A stretch of DNA of 64,000 nucleotides from Oikopleura dioica (taxonomy: Eukaryota; Animalia; Chordata). The position numbers and the translations under genes were made by a program. Shown here piece by piece: positions 10,230-21,223 of the stretch (the first letter of the stretch is position 1; every line of letters begins with the position of its first letter). The notes beneath the pieces are model-generated. The model made no database searches. It saw only the letters and a list, made by a program, of their open reading frames with translations, and was not told the origin of the DNA. The stretch lies in the NCBI GenBank assembly GCA_907165135.1, contig OU015567.1, forward strand, positions 7,626,001 to 7,690,000. Direction: 5' to 3'.

Positions 10230-13200
10230 ATGGAAAGTGATGCGAGACCGCCAGATGATGGCGGAGGGAAACCGCAAACTAAAATGAAAAACAATCGTAT
10301 GTAAAAAATAATTATTATTCAACTTTATATTCAAACTGAAAATATCATTATTTTTTCTTGACTGAAAGTACCCTTGAGAAGTGAAAAATATTGGTTTTAA
10401 ATTTTGTCGTTTAGAAAATCGATACTCAAAAAACGGACGAGGCCGTCCAAATTCTGGCGGCAAAAGCGGTCAGAATCAGCGAAATCAAGCTGAAGGCGAC
10501 AATCAAGGTCGAAATTCCATTCAAAATGAAGGCAGAGGTCAGAACAGAGGAAGCTTTTACAATCGCGGATCGCGGGGTCGAAATTCAAGAGGAAACAAGA
10601 ATTCTCCCGCCCAGTCGATCGGATTCAATGTGAATGCTCCTGTATTCGTCCCAGGAAGTGTCGAAATGAGGAATCCTCCTGCTCGTGGCGGTGGCAGAGG
10701 CCGAGGAAGAGGAAGGGGTGGCTCAAGAGCGATAAAAATTATCGACCCAGAGGTAAAGAAAAAGGCCGGAAAGTTCAGTATTACAAATTTTTAGAAAAAT
10801 GAAGAAATCAGGATTGGAGCAAAATCTCCTGATGACGGAAAGCCCCAGACTCCTCGCAAAGAATCGAATCGAAACCAAAATCAAAGTAGAAATCGAAATA
10901 AAAGTGGGAATCCAGCTAATCGGCCAGCAACCAGGCAGGCGGAACAAGCAGATATCAACGCTCTTGCCGATGGAGTCAGCAAGGTAAAATTTCTTTTATA
11001 GATAAATTATCTAATTTTACTCATAGTTGATTTCGAAAAGACACAAGACAAAAATGAACGAAGACCAGCACGAAATCCTCTCCCGAAAGATTCAAAAGAA
11101 CCTGTTGGAATGCAGTATTTGTTTGGAAAAGATGAAGCATTACGAAAAGGTGTGGCACTGCGGCAACTGCTACAATCTCTTGCATTTGAAATGCGCTACG
11201 GAGTGGGGAAAAGCAGCACTGAAAGACAAGAGTACGTGGAGATGTCCGTACTGCCAGAACGAATCTCGCTTCCTTCCAAATCGCTACTACTGCTACTGTG
11301 GACGCGAAGAGAATCCGACATCGAGTTACGGTGAATTGGCGCACTCCTGCCACCAGCCCTGCGATCGCCCTCAGAAGTGCCCTCATCGTTGTCCTCTGGA
11401 ATGTCACCCTGGTGCTTGTCCTCCCTGTAAAGCCACCTCTTTAGCTGAGTGCTCCTGTGGCAAGACAAAAGCGCGTATAAAATGTGGTACTGATCTTCGT
11501 TGCGAAGAAATATGTGGAAAAGAACTCGCCTGCGGCTACCACAGTTGCGGGGAAAAGTGCCATCCAGGCTCATGCAAGCCTTGCGAAGAAATCGACCTGC
11601 TGGAGTGCGTCTGTGGACGAGTTGAGAAAGAGGTCCCTTGTGGCGTCGAATACGACTGGAGTTGCGAGCAGAAATGCGAGAAAATGAAAGACTGCGGGAA
11701 TCACCCCTGCGAGCTTGTTTGCCATGAGGGAGCTTGTGAAATCTGCCCGTATACGCCCGAAAGAGTCTCTAGTTGTCCTTGTGGCGCGATACCGGTTTTG
11801 CGCAACTCGAGGAAATCTTGTCTTGATCCGATTCCTACGTGCGATGGATATTGCGAGAAAGAGCTGATGTGCGGCCACAAATGCCCAGAAAAGTGTCACG
11901 AAGGAAAATGCCCCCCGTGCAAGGTCGAGTTAAAAGTCGAATGCCGCTGCGGACGGACTGGCGATTTACTGGTCAACTGCCACGACTATTTCATGGATCC
12001 CAAAGCGGCTCAATGTAAGCGCCCATGTAAGAAGAAAATGAGCTGCGGACGACACACATGCCAGGTCTTGTGCTGTCCAGATCGACTCGACAGCGGACCG
12101 AATTCGCATATTTGCACGAAACCCTGCGGAAGAATGCTTCAGTGCGGCACTCATCGTTGCGAACAAGTCTGTCATCGAGGAAACTGCCGGCGATGCTTGG
12201 AAGTTTCCTTTGACGAGCTGACTTGCCACTGTGGCCAGCAAGTATCATACCCACCGATTCAATGTGGCCAGAAGCCGCCAGAATGCCAAGAGATCTGCCG
12301 AAGGGAGCACAGCTGCAACCACACCGTTCATCACAATTGTCATTCTGATGAAAGCTGCCCTCCATGCACCGTGTTGACAGAAAAAGAATGCAACTGTGGA
12401 AAAGAAATACGGCGAAATATTCCCTGCCACTTGAACATTGTCTCGTGTGGACGACAGTGCGGAAAAGAGCTTCCTTGTGGCCACACTTGTCCTAAGATAT
12501 GCCATGATGGAGACTGTATCACTGGCGAAAATCATGTTTGTCAACAGAAATGCCAGGAAATACGGCCAACTTGTGGTCACATTTGCGCGAAAAAATGCCA
12601 CACTGGAGTTCCATGCGAGCCCTTCGACTACTGCGAGGTGAAAATTGCACTCAAGTGCGCATGCAAAAGACGAACGCAGAACTTTCTTTGTCCAAAGATT
12701 GAACAGATGAAGGCTCACCAGCTAAAGATGATGGCGCAACAAGGTCAAGCCGTTCCTGCGGGGGAGATGATCTTGTCGATTGAGTGTGATGCTGAGTGCG
12801 AAGTTCAGGAAAAGCTTTAAAAACAATCAATATATTTTGATAATTTAAAAAGGTGGAAGTTCAATTTTTGAGCTTTTTTAGAGAATAAAGGCTAGGGACG
12901 AATTCTTAAAAGCTAATAAGGAACGGAACCGTCAGATTGCCGCTGCTCTTGCGATCGAAAATCCGGTCATTTCATCAATCCCAGAAGTTGTCTATCCAGA
13001 GAGCGTTGTTCGATTTGCAACGGAAAGACCCAAACTGGCAATAACTGTCGAAACGAACCTGCGAAGGCTAGCGAAGCAATGCGAAGAAGCACCTGGAAAG
13101 GGGATATTTGAGTACAACCTACCACCGATGAATAAGAAGGAACGAATGTTTGTACACGAGCTCTCTGATTTTTACAACATCGAATCTAAAGGTAACTATT

Positions 13201-13388
13201 TTTTCAATAAATCAACATAAGCCTCATTTTTATCAGGTAGGGGAACGGAGCCGAATCGCCACCTACTCCTTGTTGCTGTAAAAGGGATGACAATCGCCCC
13301 ACCGAATACGCTTTCAAAGATGCTCAAAATCTCTCCAAGCTCCTATCAATCTACATGGAGTCGACCTGTCGCTAACAAGTTCTATTAG
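10230..13388 (+). CDS. NFX1: NF-X1-type zinc finger protein (RGG, PAM2, RING, NF-X1 Zn-finger array, R3H)
   Basis: FNVNAPVFVP (PAM2), ECSICLEKMKHYEKVWHCGNCYNLLHLKCATEW (RING), many CGxHxCxxxCHxGxCxPC repeats, and PPMNKKERMFVHELSDFYNIES (R3H). Confidence 0.93.
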
Positions 13389-13468
13389 TTCTATCGACGC
13401 TGCACTTAATAAAAGCTCTTCAAAAAGTTCAAATTCATGCGATTTTTTATGAAAAATGTTAAGAATTA

Positions 13469-15248
13469 ATGCTTCGTATTGTCGATTTCGGTCCAGATAT
13501 TCATGACAAAGAATCCAAAAAGGCAGATCAGTACATTTCTCATGGCTCTGCTTCTGAGAGACGAGAAATTCTAGACGGGATCAAGGGATTTTCAATATTT
13601 GACGCTGATGATGTCGAGGATCTCGAGAGAAATTGCACATCGATGATTGAGCGAGGGGGCAAGGGAAAATTCAGGGTCAAGTCCATAGGTACATACTATC
13701 TTTTCGATAGGAAATTAACCGGAAAATCAGACATTTCTCGATTGCGGATGAAATACTTTTTTGGCCACGGATACGACTACGGCGGGGGCAAAGGATCGGA
13801 AAAATTCTTCAATCCAAAGGATATTTCGCCTATTCCAGAATGGATCTATGAAAGCATCATTGAAAAGATGGAAAAGACCGGCATCGTCGACAAGAATTGG
13901 ATCAACTCAGTCGTCATAAACGATTATGAACCGGGAGGATTTATCGTTCAGCACCAAGACCCACCTCATCTTTTTGAAAGGAAAGTTTAAAAAAAGCTAT
14001 AAAGAGTCAGCAAAAGGCAAATTTTAATCTTTCAACAGACCGATTTTCATCTTGACCCTCTTCTCCGATTCAGCGTTATCTTTCGGGAACAGGTCGCATT
14101 TTTTGTAATCCCCTTTTGAAAACCCATGTTTCAAATCGAGACCAAGGTAAAGCTGCAACTTGCGGTTCGATAGAACTGTCGAGCCAGTAGAAGTGACTGC
14201 TAGCGATCCAATTTTGCGCCTTCCCATGCAAAGAGGAATTATAACATCTTTCGAGGGCATGTGTATGAATGAGGTAGGCTTAGCGGACGAATAAGAGAGT
14301 GAAGAAAGGTTTAAGATCAAACACTGTGTCCGACCAGTAGACACGAAAGAACGTCGTGTAGCCATTATTCTGCGGCGAATATGCGAAGATGGTCCAGTCC
14401 TTGAGCCGCTGACAAATGGCGAAAGCCTGCGTAATTTCGACAAAAAGCTACACAAAAAAGTCCAAAAACGATGCGAGAAGATGCTAGCCTCGAAGATCTT
14501 GCCCTATGAAAGGTCTTTCCATCTCGTCGAAGTGAAAAGAGAAACGGAAAAATGTAAAACACCGATTCGCAATTCATGCCATTCATTCATTTCATCTTTC
14601 AGCTAAAGCTGCGCCAAAAGAAAAGGTGAAAGAACCTTGGAGAAAACAGCCAAAACCGAAAAAAGAATCAAAAAAGAGGAAAGAAAAACTCAAGAAAAAG
14701 GGAGTCGGAACTTTCGAACTGGATCGACCTATTGAAAAGGACGAAAATGACAAACAGTGGAACTTTGGGGTATGTTTCTGCTTCCGGCTTCTATTTTTCC
14801 TCAGATATAATTTTCAAGGATTCACCAGAGAGAGTTTCAAAGCGAGTTGAGTGGTCTTCTGATGACGAGCAAAAGGAAAAGAATAAACGAATAGGTAGTG
14901 GGCTTAGTAAATCCAAGTCTGAAGAATAACTTTTAGGTAAAACTGGCGACATGGCCGATTTGATCTACGATTTCCATCACCAAGACAAGGATTTACGGGA
15001 TATGGACATCAAGACTATTGAGCGCAAAGTGTACGACTATTTAGCCATACTTGATTGAACTTTCATTTCTTTTTAGTCACATGCAAAAGAGCAGGAAACA
15101 GCGAGGCCGCGAGTTCCGCGACAAAATCAACTCGAAGTTCGGTTTCAAAACCAGCGTTGCCAATTCCGATTCTGATTCTTCCGACTCGTCCGACTCTTCC
15201 GAAGAAGTCAGACCCAAAAAGACGAGGATCAGCAAGTTTACGTTCTAG
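13469..15248 (+). CDS. ALKBH5: m6A RNA demethylase ALKBH5-like with K/R/S-rich C-terminal tail
   Basis: [55 protein letters not shown] and EIRHCVRPVDTKERRVAIILRR align motif-by-motif with ALKBH5 (HxD...H...R). Confidence 0.9.
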
Positions 15249-15367
15249 TCATGCTTTCTCTGTACTGCCACTTATTTCTCTTTCAAAATGTTTGTCTGAA
15301 AATAGCAAAATATTCCACGCTTTCAAACTCTTGAACTCGTTTTATTTGTATTAAAATATCAGAAACG

Positions 15368-18300
15368 ATGGAAAAGTATGAATTCGGAAGTAAAGATGTT
15401 CTCTGGTGTCAGATTGAAAACTGGTACCCGATTTTCAAAAGGTTTTGCCCAAAGACGGAATTCTTCCCGCTTGATAAGGTAATTCTCTGACCACTTTAGT
15501 CGCTTGCTGATCTGATTCTAGAGCGCGCTCAACTATCTGAAATCAAATGACAGCATCGTTTTACCAGAAGAAGAGCCTGAACCAGCCGGTCCTCAGCCGG
15601 ATATCTTCGGTCAAATTGACTCGGATGATGCTTTCTCTGACTGGTCCACGGACGAAGAAGCGGAGTCTGTTCCACACGTGAATCCAGTCCCAGATCTTTG
15701 CAGAAAAATTCGCCGGGTCATTGGCGAGCGTGCTAGAAAAGCTGTCGTTCCCAAATTGAACTGGAGTTGTCCCTCTGACGCGCTGCATTTTTCGCCAGAT
15801 CAGTCGCTTAAATCAGGGATGGAAATATGACAAAATTTTCCAGCGGCACCGGCACGGCACGGCACAACCAAAATACCCGTGCCGCGGCACGGTACGGCAC
15901 GGCACGGCACAAAATTCAATAATGGGGTGCCGCGGCACCACGGCACGGCACGGCACAAATTTGAGTCATATAAATTATTAATTAAAATGAAAAAAATTAA
16001 AGCTGCTAGTGTTCTTATAGAATTTTGACAAGGTTTAAATGAAAACCATAATAAAATTAAAATCTTGGGTAATTTGAATTTTTCAAACAATGGGTGAGGG
16101 TGGGGTTGGGGACGTTACAAAGATTGACAGCAATGTTCCCAGCCAATGTCAAGCCCCTTAAATTCAAAAATCAAGGAACGGGGCTGAAACGGCCCGAAGG
16201 GCCGTCAAGCCCTTAAATTCAAAAATCAAGGAACGGGGCTGAAACGGCCCGAAGGGCCGTCAAGCCCCTTAAATTCAAAAATCAAGGAACGGGGCTGAAA
16301 CGGCCCGAAGGGCCGTCAAGCCCCTTAAATTCAAAAATCAAGGAACGGGGCTGAAACGGCCCGAAGGGCCGTCAAGCCCCTTAAATTCAAAAATCAAGGA
16401 ACGGGGCTGAAACGGCCCGAAGGGCCGTCAAGCCCCTTAAATTCAAAAATCAAGGAACGGGGCTGAAACGGCCCGAAGGGCCGTCAAGCCCCTTAAATTC
16501 AAAAATCAAGGAACGGGGCTGAAACGGCCCGAAGGGCCGTCAAGCCCCTTAAATTCAAAAATCAAGGAACGGGGCTGAAACGGCCCGAAGGGCCGTCAAG
16601 CCCTTAAATTCAAAAATCAAGGAACGGGGCTGAAACGGCCCGAAGGGCCGTCAAGCCCTTAAATTCAAAAATCAAGGAACGGGGCTGAAACGGCCCGAAG
16701 GGCCGTCAAGCCCCTTAAATTCAAAAATCAAGGAACGGGGCTGAAACGGCCCGAAGGGCCGTCAAGCCCCTTAAATTCAAAAATCAAGGAACGGGGCTGA
16801 AACGGCCCGAAGGGCCGTCAAGCCCCTTAAATTCAAAAATCAAGGAACGGGGCTGAAACGGCCCGAAGGGCCGTCAAGCCCCTTAAATTCAAAAATCAAG
16901 GAACGGGGCTGAAACGGCCCGAAGGGCCGTCAAGCCCCTTAAATTCAAAAATCAAGGAACGGGGCTGAAACGGCCCGAAGGGCCGTCAAGCCCTTAAATT
17001 CAAAAATCAAGGAACGGGGCTGAAACGGCCCGAAGGGCCGTCAAGCCCTTAAATTCAAAAATCAAGGAACGGGGCTGAAACGGCCCGAAGGGCCGTCAAG
17101 CCCCTTAAATTCAAAAATCAAGGAACGGGGCTGAAACGGCCCGAAGGGCCGTCAAGCCCTTAAATTCAAAAATCAAGGAACGGGGCTGAAACGGCCCGAA
17201 GGGCCGTCAAGCCCTTAAATTCAAAATCAAGGAACGGGGCTGAAACGGCCCGAAGGGCCGTCAAGCCCCTTAAATTCAAAAATCAAGGAACGGGGCTGAA
17301 ACGGCCCGAAGGGCCGTCAAGCCCCTTAAATTCAAAAATCAAGGAACGGGGCTGAAACGGCCCGAAGGGCCGTCAAGCCCCTTAAATTCAAAAATCAAGG
17401 AACGGGGCTGAAACGGCCCGAAGGGCCGTCAAGCCCTTAAATTCAAAAATCAAGGAACGGGGCTGAAACGGCCCGAAGGGCCGTCAAGCCCCTTAAATTC
17501 AAAAATCAAGGAACGGGGCTGAAACGGCCCGAAGGGCCGTCAAGCCCCTTAAATTCAAAAATCAAGGAACGGGGCTGAAACGGCCCGAAGGGCCGTCAAG
17601 CCCTTAAATTCAAAAATCAAGGAACGGGGCTGAAACGGCCCGAAGGGCCGTCAAGCCCTTAAATTCAAAAATCAAGGAACGGGGCTGAAACGGCCCGAAG
17701 GGCCGTCAAGCCCTTAAATTCAAAAATCAAGGAACGGGGCTGAAACGGCCCGAAGGGCCGTCAAGCCCCTTAAATTCAAAAATCAAGGAACGGGGCTGAA
17801 ACGGCCCGAAGGGCCGTCAAGCCCCTTAAATTCAAAAATCAAGGAACGGGGCTGAAACGGCCCGAAGGGCCGTCAAGCCCCTTAAATTCAAAAATCAAGG
17901 AACGGGGCTGAAACGGCCCGAAGGGCCGTCAAGCCCTTAAATTCAAAAATCAAGGAACGGGGCTGAAACGGCCCGAAGGGCCGTCAAGCCCTTAAATTCA
18001 AAAATCAAGGAACGGGGCTGAAACGGCCCGAAGGGCCGTCAAGCCCTTAAATTCAAAAATCAAGGAACGGGGCTGAAACGGCCCGAAGGGCCGTCAAGCC
18101 CCTTAAATTCAAAAATCAAGGAACGGGGCTGAAACGGCCCGAAGGGCCGTCAAGCCCCTTAAATTCAAAAATCAAAGAACGGGAATTGTCCTTTATATTT
18201 ACCGATAATAAAAATTTTATGTGAAAATAGTGTTATACTGTGCCGCGGTGCCGCAACCAGATTTTATTCTGCGGCACGGCACGGTACGGCACGTGCCGTG

Positions 18301-19523
18301 CCGTGCCATGCCGCTGTGCCGTGCCGTGCCGTGCCGCTCAGATTTGCATCCCTGGCTTAAATGCATGAGCCCGAACGAGGTGTTTCTCCTTCTCAAATCG
18401 TCCGACAAAATTAATCACGACTTGACTTATCCTTTTGAAAACTGCAACGACTCTGATGATTCTGAAAGTCCGGTTTATACACTGGCTCTGCAAGAATTTG
18501 CAAAACTCGCTCCTTCTCGTGAATTTCGTTGCTTTATTCGCGACAAAAAGCCAGTTGCGATTTGTTCCAGATCGACTACATTCAGCGATGACGAGGAAGA
18601 CTTTTTCGACGAAGTTTACGAGGAGCTTTTGGAGTTTTTAGATCTACAAATCATTCCGAAAGTAGAACTAAGTTCATTCGTAATTGATGTTTACAAAAAA
18701 GAAGCGTCAGGGTTTCTGATTTTTGGATTCAGTCCTTTTGGGCTACCAACCTGGAGCATGTACTTTTCATGGAAGGCCTGGTTCGAATTCCGTTTAACCC
18801 GTTAACTGGGCATCCGATCTTATGCGTTAACGGGCGCGTGGCAGTCTAATGTCCACGCACCTTTTGGTGTTTTCTGAGAAATAGGGATGAGAAAAATTAA
18901 TTCCAAGTGTAAAATCTGATTCAGAAGCGTCTTCTCTTTCTCCTTCATCTTTTTGTTTTGTTTTTGTGATTCGTTTAGGGGTTGAAAATTGAGGTCAAAG
19001 TTACGTCAATTTTCGACGCTGAGATTGGAGAAAAAGGGAAAGAAGGGAAAGGCGGGCGATTTGTATTATTCTTTCCCTTTTTCTCGCTCACTGAAGTTTT
19101 TCTTTCGCTTCTCCCGACCTGAATTTCATGCCGATTTTTTTCAAAATCACACAAACAGATAGAGAATCGATTGAATTTTTAAAAAATACAAAAATTTTTG
19201 ATAAAAACTTGAGTTTCTCCTATCTTATGGCTCTACAATGGCTGCGTGGCCGTGAGACAGCCACGCGCCTGTTAACGGGTTAAATAAGCTAGCAATCAGC
19301 ATAAATTTTTAACCGAGCAAAGGAACTATATGACGACGAATTTGGAGTCGAAGAGCCAGTCTATCGGTTCAATGATGGAGAGCAAGTGATAGGCTTGAGC
19401 CAGGACAATCGAGTACCACTGGACGCCATTCACATATCGCAAGGATTAGACTCGCAGAAATTAGTAGATTACATGCAACTTGTCAAAGAAGGAAAGCTTG
19501 ATGGAGAAGGACTACAGTCGTAA
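15368..19523 (+). CDS. CDC123: Cell division cycle protein 123 (ATP-grasp eIF2 assembly factor), interrupted by two transposon insertions
   Basis: WCQIENWYPIF, VVPKLNWSCPSDA, SLK|CMSPNEVFLLLKSSDKINHDL, REFRCFIRDKKPVAICSR, VIDVY, FSPFG and RVPLDAIHISQGLDSQKLVDYM all match CDC123 motifs. Confidence 0.9.
15814..18354. mobile_element. Non-autonomous hAT-like DNA transposon (2541 bp) in a CDC123 coding exon
   Basis: 8-bp TSD GCTTAAAT (15806-15813, 18355-18362). 13-bp TIR CAGGGATGGAAAT / ATTTGCATCCCTG (1 mismatch). Inverted subterminal (CGGCA)n/(TGCCG)n arrays. No transposase ORF. Confidence 0.92.
16149..18183. repeat. Tandem array of 36 full plus 1 partial 55/56-bp units inside the hAT-like element
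   Basis: Unit CAAGCCC(C)TTAAATTCAAAAATCAAGGAACGGGGCTGAAACGGCCCGAAGGGCCGT, counted line by line. Units differ only in homopolymer length. Confidence 0.98.
18798..19279. mobile_element. piggyBac-type MITE (482 bp) in a CDC123 intron
   Basis: TTAA on both flanks (18794-18797, 19280-19283), CCCGTTAAC/GTTAACGGG termini, and an internal inverted repeat CGTTAACGGGCGCGTGGCAGTCT displaced from the left end only. Confidence 0.85.
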
Positions 19524-19595
19524 TTTCTTCGACGTTCTTTTGCTCAAAATTGTAAAAAGGTGTAATCGGCCAAACTTAATGAAATTTTACTTAGA

Positions 19596-21128
19596 ATGAG
19601 ATTGAGTCCGTCCGCTATTTCTTTGTTCCAATCGGCAACTGCTCTTCTCAAAAGATCACAAATCGAAAAAGAGCGTCTAAAAGGCTGTATCGTAGGCTTG
19701 TGGAAGACAGACGCGTTTTACTCTGACCTTGGCCTCGTCTACGCTGATGAGTCTTCTGTGATCATCGATGAAATAGACGACCCAAAGTTCTCCCCATACA
19801 AAGCAATTGATGAGCCGGGAATATATGTTTTTGAAAAGAAGCTTGAAAACCGAAAGTGCCTGATGGATTTACCAGTAGCTCCTGTTCAACCTGAAAAAGT
19901 CTCAATGAAAAGTTTCGAAGCACTTGTTACGGAAATCAACAGAATCTGCAAGACATTTCGGAAAACAGATGGGAACTTGAACTTCAAGGGAATCCACGAG
20001 CAAGAGATTATTAAAAATCTTTATCATTTTGACGGCCCTACGATGGACAGTGTGAAGTTCTCTCGAGGTCTCAATTCTTGGCAAACAAGAGGGGCCGAAA
20101 TCCCAAAGTGTCAAAAAGTTTCTGCGAAAGACTTATCCTACGACGAGTTCAAGCACTCTTATGTTGAGCGAAATCGACCGGTAATCATCGCCGATGCTGT
20201 TGATAATTGGAAGGCATTTGACCTTTGGTCAAAGGAATATTTTCTCGAAAAACTGGAAGACGCAAAAATTCACGTGAAGCTTGGCGAGAGCGGTGTCTTT
20301 GAAGGACCCGAGGAGCGCGAATTATGGAATGATGCGGAGGAAAACGAATTACCGGAAAAACTTACGAAGAAATTGCGATTTCCTGAGCTTGTCATGGCCA
20401 GGCCGGGACATGTTCAATTAGAAATGAGTAAAATATTCGATCTGTTTCAAACTTCCTTGAGAGATCCAAACAAGGAATCATGGACATCTGGTAACGTTGA
20501 TTTTTCTGTTTAACTCAATGAAATGATTTTAGCGTATATCGAGTACACGCCGATGAAATCTTCGAACGCTTTTTCAATTTTGAAACCTGACGTGCCTGAA
20601 ATCAAAAAATACTTTCACGAGCTCAAGCTGCATCACCAAAATATCTGGATTGGTGATGGGCAGACGTTAGGGAAGATGCATTTCGACGAGTATGAAAACG
20701 GACTGGTAATGATAAAAGGATCGAAGCAGTTTCTGATCTACGACCCACGTGACAATCGGAATCTTTACGAGGGACATATTCCAGAAGCCAGATTTGAAAT
20801 CGAAGAAACAAAGGAGGGAAAATATAAACTTATTCGAGACGGGCTTCAAGAATCAACGTCCATGGTGATGGCTCCTGTAAATGTCCTCAACCCAGATTAC
20901 GAGAATTTTCCGCTTTTCAAAAATGCAAAACCTATGAACTGTACTGTAGGCCCGGGTGAGATGCTTTACTTACCTTCTTACTGGTGGCACGAAGTTCAGA
21001 GCTTTCCCGATTTAGATGAATACTTAAACATCGCCGTTAACTTTTGGTACGAGCCTTTCTTCTCCAAAGAATTTCCTTGTGCCGAGTGTCCTTTAGAGAT
21101 TAATCCACAATACTTTGATCTTCTGTAA
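19596..21128 (+). CDS. JmjC/cupin-8 2-oxoglutarate oxygenase (JMJD5/JMJD7/HIF1AN-like) with N-terminal extension, 2 exons
   Basis: RNRPVIIADAVDNWKAFDLWSKEYF, NIWIG...KMHFDEYENGLVMIKGSKQFLIYDP, VGPGEMLYLPSYWWHEVQS and NIAVNFWY give the HxD...H triad. Confidence 0.88.
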
Positions 21129-21223
21129 AAAGACCCAATTTTCTGTAGGCCTACTTTAGTGGTTTAAAATAGTGCAATATTTAATTTACAGCTACAATAT
21201 TATCGACATATTTGCGATTTAGA

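Noticed and set aside
16149-18183. CRISPR-like array (palindromic repeats at regular spacing)
   Set aside because: The units are contiguous and identical with no unique spacers, the context is eukaryotic, and there are no cas genes.
15800-18408. ORFs with VPCRA/RHGT repeats (15800-16090, 18217-18408 and the N-terminus of 18221-18805) as proteins
   Set aside because: They are translations of the (CGGCA)n subterminal repeats of the transposon. Only the part from about 18361 is CDC123.
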